Below, piece by piece: positions 1 through 10,837 of a DNA stretch of 64,000 nucleotides (position 1 is its first letter; each line of letters begins with the position of its first letter). The position numbers and the translations under genes were made by a program. The stretch covers positions 62,001 to 126,000 of the forward strand of contig LVLI01000346.1 of the NCBI GenBank assembly GCA_001687465.1, read 5' to 3'. Under the pieces are notes generated by a model. The model made no database searches and was not told the DNA's origin. It saw only the letters and a list, made by a program, of their open reading frames with translations. The DNA comes from Halocafeteria seosinensis (taxonomy: Eukaryota).

Positions 1-3000
1 TAAGACTACACCGAGTGCCTGGCCTGCTCAAACCTAAGAAGCAGGTGGAATTACCGAAACGTTTTGTGTATGTGTGTGTGTGGAGCGTGCTGTTGGATGA
101 TTATCTCAGTAGTTTAAACGGTTATTGTTATAGCAATAGAGGGTTCATTTCATAGTGTTCTAAACTATATCGAACAGATTCTTAAGTCTAATTCCCCAAA
201 ACCCCGTAGTTTCCGAATAGGTTCGCAGTTATCGATACGCAGTGGTTGCTGGCGCTACATGCGCCTCTTCCTCAAGATAGAGTCACCATACATGTGCTTC
301 CCTGGAGCATTTAATCATATGGGGGATTCAATCTATCAACACTGTACGCAATGACTGAGGCTTCTGCCAGGTACTTCGGGAGCAAACCAAAGCACCAATT
401 CCCAGAACAATGTATTCGGACCCAATCAATCCCTTGGAACTGCATAACGTTTTCAATAATTTCAGCATTCACCCAGATATTTTGAGTGCCATAAGAGTGT
501 TCCAGGGGCTACACAAAGCACACAGAATACTCCCTTCATTATTTGGCCCCCAATGTAACTAGCCTCCAAATAACTAATACGTCAACCGCACTGTTGAAAA
601 TTTTCATCAGTTAAGATAGTGCATATCCGATAGACTGTGTGCTGTAGCAAGTAGAACACTGAACATTCAGGCTGAAATACTTTTTCAACTCTAAGAAATT
701 GGCCGAGAAGCGTGGGCTCGAGGAAGAAACCCCAGGAAGTTGTAGCCGACGCTGGAAAATTTCTTGTAGGGCACTCTATCCTGGGGCGGAACAATATGAA
801 GAATCTCGTGAGAGGGGACGCAGAGGTTACCAACTAGCTTGGTCCAAAGGGTGGTGACGACTCATGATTTAGATAGCATACCACTGAAGCCTCAGGAGTC
901 GTATCCGGTGTCTTCTAAGACTTTCCTCTACGTGCAGACAAAATCAAACCCGTAGTTCCCCAAAAGCGAGCCGCATTTCGCCTAAGTCGGCTGAAATCTT
1001 AAAAGTTTAGTTATCAACAGTGTCAGTAGTGGACATCCAACCACACCAATCCAATCACATAGCGGTGCGCGATAGACAGCCTCTGAATTAGAAACTTTCC
1101 TTTAAGAGCATGCAATAAACCTTCCAATATTGCTTCGATACCTCATGTAGTGGTCAAAAGTATTGTGCATCATTCCCGATATTCAGCAGAACGCGCACCG
1201 AAGCGATATGGATTCGACCAGCAAGAACCAGTTACGCAGACGTACGCCGGGCTACGTGATTCAAAGTATTTACGCTGGCACATTCCCATGACCATCCAAG
1301 TCATTATTCGATCCCATAATCCAGCTTATAACCGTTCGCTTCAGCGTCATGATCAACCCTTAGGTGTTGCGACATTGGTCGATTTTGCTCCCTCAACTTG
1401 AACTTGGCGTTACACGAGCTCCGTCAGTCAGTGCTTGTTCTATTTTTCTCCAAGTGGAAAAAAGAAGTTGACAGGTTTGAAGTATGTCAGTGACTCTAAA
1501 CTACGCGCACTCTTATTTCGGAGCAACTATGTCTGAATCAGGAGTTCGAGCCGCATATCCAATTGCAACCCGCTCCTGCTGACTCTACCGAAATTTGACA
1601 GACGTGAAAAGACCTCGCCGAGACTTTAGCTCAAAACAGTTGACCTACAACTGTCCTTACTTATCGGCTAGCCAATTTTGAAAACTGTATTGGGGTATTG
1701 GACGGTTGAAGCGCTGGGATATGAAACAGCTAAACCGAAAGACGTGTTTCTAGCAGTGAATGGTCTGCCGCGTTCCGCAGTCAGCCTGGACAGCAGCGGC
1801 GGCAGCGGCAGGCTACGGCTATCACCCGCGAGAAGATATACGGCGACTCCCCGATGCATTCTCCCTAACGGAGCCTATAGGAAACGACGTATCCTTGGCT
1901 TCTGCGAACTATCAAGGAGACTTGCAATAGTATCACGATCATTCTTGCTAAGGAAGTGATTCGACGCCTCGGTGGAGTGCCGTGTCTTGCTACAAAGGCG
2001 TAAACTCGTGTCCACCCAATTAAATAAAATGGCATGTAGCGTGGCCATCTTGTGACCGTAGTGTCTGCGCTTATACCTCAGCATGGAAGACGACGAGGGT
2101 TCTCCAGTGCAGCAGTCCTGGCTATCCGAAAGATACTCATTGGGACACTTCTTGAACTTCGGAAACAATTCAGGTCAAGGGGCAGTACCGTGATAAGCTG
2201 ACAGCTAGAAGCAATTGCATCGTTTTCTTGGAGCAGTGGAGAGCAGAATACAGGAAAGGCCCTTAGTTGTAAAGGAGGCGACAGTGAACGCATTACATGG
2301 TGATGTGTACATTTGCAGCGTGAGTCTTCAAAGAAGTCCCAATGGCCTTTCGTCGATACGTTGGAGACGCTAGAGGTCTTATCCTTTCCAACCTTAGTAT
2401 CTACGATCTATAAAGTGTTCTTTGGCTTTATCTGTATCCCCAGGCACGTATCAACGGCGACTGGAATCGCCAACTGTCAGCATTTTGGTGCTATGTGCCT
2501 TCTTCAAAGTGTAGAAACTTGTTCGACAGCGCCTAGAAGTCTGCTCTGCCCGTTCGATAGATATCGGTTAAGGCCCCAGATAAAGTCGATCCAGTTGCGG
2601 GCCAACATCTGATTAAACACTTAACCGGATGAGGCCGATACATGCAATGCTCCTGTTGCTTTTCCGACTGGGTAGTTGTTAGATCGCCGGTTGATGAGAC
2701 GCAGGAGCACACGTTACGGAACCGCTCACAGAGTGGCTCACTGAGACTTGGGCCACCAGTTTGGCGGCAGGATCTTACAAGTCGCACAGGGTTGACGCGT
2801 GGTCGCCAAAACGGGCATGCACTGAGTGCGGGTGACTGGCACCGCCTGGAGACAAAATAGTGGACCACGCTCTTTGATCGAACCAAGCAGCGCATTAGCT
2901 GTTAAAGCCGAGGTATGGTTCGTTGCGTCGAACAAAATTCTGGAGTGGCCATGAATGGTGCTAAAAATTGGCGGCCCAAGCGTGCATTGATGCAGGCAGC

Positions 3001-3752
3001 ATGTCAGCCGCTGTCAGCGTCAATGAGAGTGGCGATGTTGAACAGATAGTGTGGCATTGTTGTCAGTGCTGGTACAAGTGCAAAAAAGGGAGGTGGGGTC
3101 CACTTTGCATTGTGCGTTACACACACACATACATGTATGTGACAGATAGCCCTCTTAACGAGGAGCAGCATGCGTTCGCTTTCAGGCTTTAAAAGGTCCA
3201 GCTGACAGCTTCATGGTGTTTGGATGACTCTAAGTCTCACAGACCAGCATACCGACTGTATACCCTTGCTAGGCAAGTTTCCTGTTTATCAGTTGTGGTG
3301 GCACGGTCCAGCTGGGGAATAGTGCATCTATGCCTGAGGCCCTGAGCTATGGCACCTGGACCTTAGGTAGCGGTGGAAGCAAAAGGACTGAGTGGAGCCC
3401 CTCTGAGCGTACGGTAGAGACTGCCATTATCGTACAAGACACAAGAGACGTCATTCATTCCTGGCTGTTGTACATGCGTGCGCAGTTGTGCATTAAATGG
3501 GAGTGGTGATGGGTATTTAATTTCGGCATCCTCATCCAGTGTGTCATTCACAAAGTCAATGACATAGACAACGCTATACTATAGGAAGTACAGTATGCCT
3601 TCTTACTGTACCTGCAGATAGCTGATCGTCGATAGATACTCGCTCGAGAGATGAGTCGAGGCAGCCCTTGCACTCATAGCTTGCTGATAGAGGACTCTGC
3701 GCCGGAACCCCGGAGAGACCGAGGGAAAACTTCCTGAAATAGTTCGAACGCT

Positions 3753-6700
3753 CTAGGTCCGTGACATATTCATGTCCGTGGTGTCGTCCTCCTCGCCACA
3801 GGTGTCTTCGACGTTAGCAAACTTCTTATTCAAGCCACGTTTCAGAAGGCCCATAAGATCGTCTGCTGGAGGCTCTCCTTTGGGGTCACCTTCCGCAGAG
3901 CTACCTTCTGAGACCCTCTTGAGATTGGCTCTTCTCTCCAGTAGCGCTTCTTGAAACCCTGGCATGTTTTTGGGCCTGCTTGGTGGCGCAGAATTCCGTT
4001 TTGTTTTGGTTTCCTGGTTTCTCTTAGTTTTATTCAGCAGCTCATTCATGGTACTCTTATGAGCTTCATTCTTATTGTTGCTCTGGGAGGACATCTTGCT
4101 CACTATCTGCTCTTGCAGTTGGGAGACAGTTGTGCCGTTGTGCATTTGATCCATTATTAATTGAGCAAGATCTCCAAGCATGTGGTGCCGCTGTTCCTCA
4201 TCCGCATTCTGCAGTGGACGTGACACTTTCTCCCCGGAGAACAAACCTAACATGTTCACGAGCTCATTCTTGTCGAGAGTTACCACCGGAGTGCCCGACG
4301 ATTTGTTCGCGCGGTCTCTCTTAGTACCATGGGGTTGCAAAAATTGATGCTCCAATAGTTCTTCCATTGACGGTCGTTGGCGTGGATCTCTCTTCAGACA
4401 CTGTTGAATTACATCAACAATAGCCTCATGCCCTCCTTGTAACGGGGGAAACTCAATTTCGTACGTGGAATCCGTTATGGAATGAATTTTCTGAATCAAA
4501 GACAAATCAGCAAAAGGAGTCTTACCGTATACCATTTGGTATAAGATGCATCCCATACTCCAAATGTCACTTGCTCGTCCGAGTTTCATACACGACGCAG
4601 AAGAACGGTCTCTTCTACCGGGACCGTTACCGGAAGTGTCAAGGATTGCCTCTGGGCTCATATAGTTAAGAGTCCCCACCTGCGTCTCCCTATAAATGTT
4701 AGTGGTGTTATTAGAAATTGCTTTGGCAATCCCGAAATCAATCAGCTTTAAAGTTCCCTGAACAAACACAAAATTTGCTGGTTTCAAATCCCCATGCACA
4801 ATCCTCGCTTCATGAATGGTTTGAACAGCACGGAGCATTTGTTGCCATACCAAGCGGATAAAATTTTCATCCAATTCAAGCTCCAGCATATGTTCTTCCC
4901 GCTGTCGTTCATCGGGTGGTGTTGGGTTTCTTTGTCTGTTTATTTCCCGTTCTCGTTGGAGCAACCTATTGAGGTCGATTTCTCCAGCCTCCATGACAAC
5001 GCATATTGTTCTTTCTCTCAGATTTACTTCAGAATCGATTAGATGAACAATGTTTGAGTAGCCACGCAACTTATCCAAAAGAGCGATTTCGTTCGTAAAG
5101 TTTTGCACAGAGGAGTCATCCGTCTTCGTCAACTTAACTTTCTTTAGCGCATATATCTCATAGTCCGGTCCCATTACTCGATATACTTTTGATGACCCAC
5201 CTCGTCCAATAATGTTCAACTTAGCGTATCCCTTTCCGTTAACAAATATCTGCTCACGACGTTCTGCAACGAAACAGCTGTTTCCATTTTGTCTCGAATG
5301 TGGTTGCTGACCGTTGTTTTCCATTTCACCGGAGGAATGACTTTGGTATTGGCTGTTACCACTTTCCGTAGAACTGGCGCTACTTCGTGTCGATTCGCTG
5401 ATGCGAGACGCCCGCGAAGTTTTGAAACTGATAACGTTATCCAGGTGAAAACTGTCATCAGCCTTCTCTCCTTCCTGGTTACAATTCCTAGGTATATCTT
5501 GCTCTGGAGGACGCCTGGAAGAATCTTGCTTCGCAGTGACAGTGACCTCTGCATCGCTTCCTTCAGCATCACCATCGTAGGTAGAAGAGGAGTCATCACT
5601 GCATATCTCCATTGCAGCTGTCATTCTTCGAGAAGGCTGTCTCTTGAAAGTGACAGTGTGCGTAGACTCGTCAAGCAAGTTTTCGCCAAGGTTTGGTTCA
5701 TCCGAATCCTCATTCTCAAGTCCGCCATCGCTCTTCTTTTGAAACTTTTCGGAAGCATCTGACGCTTGCGGCTCATCATCTTCCTCTCGGTTTCTTTTCT
5801 TCTTGCCATCAGCCTGTGACTCATGGCGGGGACGACGCTCATTCGAATCTGCACTAGCTGCATGTTTCTTGTCTTGATTCTGCTGGTTCCTACTATCCGA
5901 TTCTGTTGCTTCGGATGGCGATTGTGCAGATTTATGCTGAGTCGAAAATGGATCCCAGTTTTTCATGTAGGCTGGGATTTTAAACTGGCACGTCGAAGTA
6001 GAATCATTTGACTGGTCGTTTTCCTTGTTGCTTTCTTTTACCGGACTCAGTTTACTGGCAAATAAGGACGGGCGGCTCTTTTGCACTTGCGCCGTCGACT
6101 CATTATTATCGTTCGATGCTGCATGGCCTTGGAAGAGTTCGTGAACGGCAGATTCCCTACCAGACTTGGAAGCTGGTACTCTTAATGCTCCCCCAAGCTT
6201 CCTAAAAGAATTCCTAGGGCGCATTTTAGGCAAAATGCCTGTTCTGTCCTTGGATTCTTCCGGCTTTGCTTTTTGTTTTAAGCTTGATACTTTGTTGACT
6301 GAAGAATTGGACATATTGGATTTGTCAGAGAGAGGTGGTCGCTTGATGGTGTTACTGCGCTTCTGTTCTACCGCCACAGACCCTGCTGATACCTCATAAA
6401 GTTTCTCGGCCGTGGATTCAGGAGTCAGATTTTCCAATTCAGTTTTGTCGTCATTCTTGAGCATTTCAGCTAGGTGTTTCAATGGTACCGAAGCTGAATT
6501 GTAAGTCCTACCTAATTGCAAAGTTTTCTTTGCGGTTTCATCATTACCTGCGAGGAAGGGGGCTTGCTCGCCTAGTTAGCATCAGCGGGACTGCTTCCAC
6601 GTGTCTCTTACCTCGGCGAGCCTCGAAAACAGCATAAACAAACCAGAACTCCCATACTCGCTTCGCTGAGCGGTGTCTTTTTATTTCTTTCAGTTTCTCG

Positions 6701-7234
6701 GCAACCTCATCCGTGTCACTGCACACGGGATGAATGTTGTGGATAAATTAATCACCGGCGGAAATATGTTGAGTAGACGCACCTTGTTAAACGAGCATCG
6801 TACAATAAGCATTTTACCCAAGAAGCATCGGTCTTGTATGGTTCGTGTACACTCTGTAAAGCTGTTTGCACTGTATCATATACAAAGCGCCAGTGTTTCT
6901 CATCGTTGGCCTGTCTTGCATCTTCCCAGTCGTGGTGGATCAAGTTCACCCATGCTTGAGGGCAGAATTCCCCACTTTCTTCAGCCCGCTGAAGCAGTGT
7001 CTCTCGATAAGTGGACTCCTTGGACTCTTTCGTAGTATGATTCTCGTCGTTATTTCCACGCTGAAGCTGCTCGGTGTTGTTACTCTTTCGAATCTGATGC
7101 TGCGGTTCCGGATTGCTGTTTTCCTTATCAATCCCCGTGTCCGTCACCAATGGGGCAGTCGGCGGAGCCGAAGTGGGTGGAGGCGGCAACCTTACTCCTC
7201 GCTGTCCCGAGACCATTTTCGTGGAGGAGATCAC
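3753..7234 (-). CDS. MPS1: MPS1/TTK spindle-checkpoint dual-specificity kinase (3 exons)
   Basis: Kinase motifs IGRGGSSKVYRV, YALKKV, HGDLKPANF, LKLIDFGIA, VGTLNYMSPEA, DIWSMGCILYQMVYGKTPF are typical of Mps1. ORFs 6752-7234, 6544-6726 and 3753-6521 join via GT-AG introns at ~6782-6719 and ~6610-6549, giving an N-terminal TPR-like segment (WEFWFVYAVFEARRGNDETAKKTLQLG). Confidence 0.93.
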
Positions 7235-8097
7235 TCTTTCTTCCTATCAAGGCTCGTTTGGGAGAGCTCCTCCAAGAAAGCGCGCGCGCAATTTGGCGTA
7301 CAAGTACGGTCGTATCTATCTAGTTCTCGTCAGTGTCACTTACCTGCTATTATTTACAATAACTAAAGGAATTCCTAATCAAATCGAACACTGTACTACT
7401 AGTGACTGTAGTCAGGATTATTTACCTCTGTCATTCGGCTGAACCAGGCATTAGAGTTTGTGAACTTGCTGCCGATACTAACGGCTGCACAGCCGCTGCA
7501 GGAGGTAGTCACTGTTAGTCAGTAGTTCTGAAATTGTGCTCATTTTTTTCCTTGTGGGAATTTATCATGTCGACCCCGAATTAGTGTTTCTATTGGTGAA
7601 GACGGATGCATTGTTGGCTCTCACCGTGAGTCTCACGGGTGTCCAGAATCAGACAATGTTGAACTGAAGTACCAATGCCAAGGACTTCTTATGCTCAGCT
7701 GGGAGGACTTTAGCGTTCCCCGTAGCTCTCGTAGGCAAAACTTAAGCCAGCGACTGCTGATTGACGCCTATGTCCTCAATTAATATCAATGGAAGTTTAA
7801 ATGCCCTACCGACAGGGTATACGGTTTGGGAGAAATGGGGCAAATTGTACAATTCCGAGTGGAATCTTTGTGCAAATTGTGCACTTATACGCTTCGAATA
7901 TTTCATCATGATGTTTCTATTTGCCTAAGTGTTACTAGTAGTGACAGTGGACTCAGAGACTTAGACTTCCTACTTCCAGTGGCCACTGGATGCATACGAG
8001 CTTCACAAACCCATTTCAGCGGTTGGCCATTACTTCATGTCGATGGCGCTGTATAGGTACTCCCCAAAATCATGTCAATTAGACCTCACAGAATTCT

Positions 8098-9470
8098 ATG
8101 GGGGATGCTGACGGAAGTTGGATGGGAATCATGGAGGAATTGCTGCGTACCAATGCTGAATTGCGTGAAGAAGTGGAGGCTCTTATTCAGGAAGAGGGCA
8201 CTGTATACATATACGATCAGGAGGAACTGCTGAGACGAGCTCATTTTCTAAAAAGCACATTCCAGTCCAAGTTCCCATCCTTCCAGAACTATTTCGCCGT
8301 AAAAGCGTGTCCGAACCCTCACATCCTNCGGCTCTTGACCAAACCGCCGATCTCCATGGGGCTGGATTGTTCGAGTTTGGCCGAGCTCGCCCTTGCGGAG
8401 AGATGGGGACTCCATGAAAATTCCAATATCATATTTACTAGCAACTACACCAGCCGAGATGAATTGCTTGTGGCTCTACGGATGGGAGTGATGATAAACC
8501 TGGACGACGTTTCACTGGTCAAGGACCTACACGAAGTTGCCAGCGACAACAATATGCCGTTTCCAGAATTCTTATATTTTCGAGTAAATCCAGGTACGAA
8601 TTCTTTCTGCTTGGTCTACAGCAATACGTTTGGCCACTAAAATTGCAATTGTATTCAGGAATGGGAAGGACTGATTCCAGTACTCAGTCGAACGTGCTTG
8701 GGGGCTCCACAGCAAAGTTTGGGATACCCAAAGAAAAATTGAGGGAGGCAATATCTGAAGCATCATCTCACGGATGCAAGAGATTTGGTCTGCATGCAAT
8801 GACAGGCTCAAATATTCTCGAAAAAGACTACTTCACAGACGTACTCCGTTGTCTATGTAGCATCATTGAAAACCTGGGGACCAATTTCGAAGAGTTGAAT
8901 CTTGGAGGAGGGCTTGGGGTACCGTATCTACCTTCAGAGGCTGAAATTGATTTGAGCGGGATGGTAAAGGAACTGTATTCCGTGATGAAAACGGAGTTTC
9001 CCTCATTGGGAACAGAGGCTCATGTGTGTATGGAGAATGGAAGATACGTGACTGGACCCGCTGGCTATCTTCTCACCCGTGTCCAAGTAATCAAGAAAGC
9101 ATTCGGGGAAAAGTTTGTTGGAGTAAACGCGTGCATGTCAAACCTTATGAGGCCAGGAATGTACTCAGCCTATCATATGATAGTTAACCTATCCAGGTAC
9201 CCAAGCTCCTCCGATCAAGAGCAAGTGAATGTAGTAGGCAACCTTTGTGAAAACAACGACTGGTTTGCAAGAAAAAGAACCATTGGCCGTTGCGAAGTGG
9301 GAGATTTATTGATGATAAAGGATGTCGGGGCTCACGGTCATTCTATGGGATTTCAGTACAACGGAAAACTGCGATCTGCTGAGTATCTACTAACCAAGCC
9401 TACAGTGTCGGCACTAAAGCGTATAAGACGTAAAGAAACATTCGAAGACTACGTGGCTACCATTACTTGA
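8098..9470 (+). CDS. lysA: Diaminopimelate decarboxylase (2 exons)
   Basis: PLP-lysine motif YFAVKACPN, LNLGGGLG, ENGRYVTG, LMRPGMY, GNLCENND, GAHGHSMGFQYNG. Intron 8594-8658 (GT..AG) joins the two ORFs in frame. One ambiguous base (n) at 8328. Confidence 0.93.
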
Positions 9471-9544
9471 GCTATTTTGGAAAATATTTTGCCCGGCTGC
9501 TGTTTTATTGTACAGAGCGGAGGCCACTACATTGTTGTACCTGA

Positions 9545-10309
9545 CTACTCTTTGTGTCCTACTTCGGTAGCAGCTTTGTCCATCGCTTCCGCCATATCGA
9601 TATCCTGTGACCTAGAAAAAGAGCATTTAACTGGAAAAAGAAAGTTCAAAGCTCAGCTATACACTACTTACGTTGATGGACAATCCGCCGCAGTCATGGG
9701 TAGAGAGTGTGACCTGTACCTTATTGTACACGTTGAACCATTCCGGATGATGCCCCATCTGCAAACAGTCATGAAGAAGCGCTAACCACGAGCATGTTTT
9801 CACGCGGTGAGAGAAAATGCAACGTCTTACTTCTTCGGCTTTTGTCGCCATTTTGCTCATGAAAGCCCAAGCCTGGTTGAAGTCCGTAAAATTGAACTCA
9901 CGGTGGATAGCATCCCGGCCCTCCACCTGTTGAACTAAAGCCCGCAACAAAATAAAATGTAATCTCCACAACATCGTGATACAATGTTTCTCGTACCTGC
10001 TTCCACTTTTGAATCCTTTGGAAGTGTTTCTGCCGCTCTTCCTCCGTTAGTTTCGATGGACCTGTAGAACACCGGAAAAATTGTTCCTTCCCCGTAAGAA
10101 GATTGGCTGCACTTCTCCGAATACATACGCGCCGCTGCCGAGAAAGTTCGCTCGTTAATTTGTGCCAGATATGCGTGCTCTTGAGTAGAGCCTAGTGTCC
10201 GTGTCGCTGCAGCTTGCCTCAGAGGAGGCTGTATCCGGCAAGACACGCGCTGGCCAGACGCAGACACCATCATGGCATGAATGCTACGGCGCATTCGCAG
10301 AGCCGCCAT
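9545..10309 (-). CDS. PCBD: Pterin-4-alpha-carbinolamine dehydratase, probably mitochondrial (multi-exon)
   Basis: Motifs [20 protein letters not shown] and [27 protein letters not shown]. Last exon [19 protein letters not shown] ends at 9545. Arg/Ala/Ser-rich N-terminus resembles a presequence. Confidence 0.88.
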
Positions 10310-10837
10310 TTTCCGTCCACAAGTCAATTGTCAAACTGTAGCTAGTTTCGTCTGAAATCCGGCTGGAAACCGACTATCATTAACCCTTAAACACTCGGTA
10401 CAACTGCTCCGTCGCTATCGAGCCTCCCGACCTTCACAAGTCGCTTCCGAGAATTGGGATGTTCTCTGTCGTCTTAGCGCAAGCGAATCACGCAAGCGTA
10501 TTCCACCAAGGGGTAGGGAAAGAACGATACTCTACGTTGTTGCAACTATCGATGAACAGACTCTCTATGGGACTTGATAAAAAACACACTCAAACAGATT
10601 CTTAGAACTGAAACAAAAGATTGCCTTGTATTGACCTAAAAAGCTGGCTGATTCATCTTGCTGCTAACCCAGTTCTACCAATTGCTACAGGTCCCAGTGT
10701 TTGGTAAGATTAGATAACATCTCCCGTAAGGGATTGTTGGGAGCCCCCGGGCAACTTGTTCGCCCAGCCAATAGCTCTTCTCTGGAACTGCAACTGTGGG
10801 ATCCGCGCGCGGCTTTGGAATCATATCGTGAGACACG

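Noticed and set aside
1510..1560. tRNA B-box-like GAGTTCGAGCC
   Set aside because: No cloverleaf or matching A-box and acceptor stem.
67..3133. 15-bp perfect inverted repeat (67-81 and 3119-3133) as possible transposon TIRs
   Set aside because: Both arms are (GT/CA) microsatellite sequence, with no transposase or target-site duplication.
8098..9470. lysA as a recent bacterial transfer or contaminant
   Set aside because: It contains a spliceosomal intron and sits among eukaryotic genes; the DAP pathway is known in several protist lineages.
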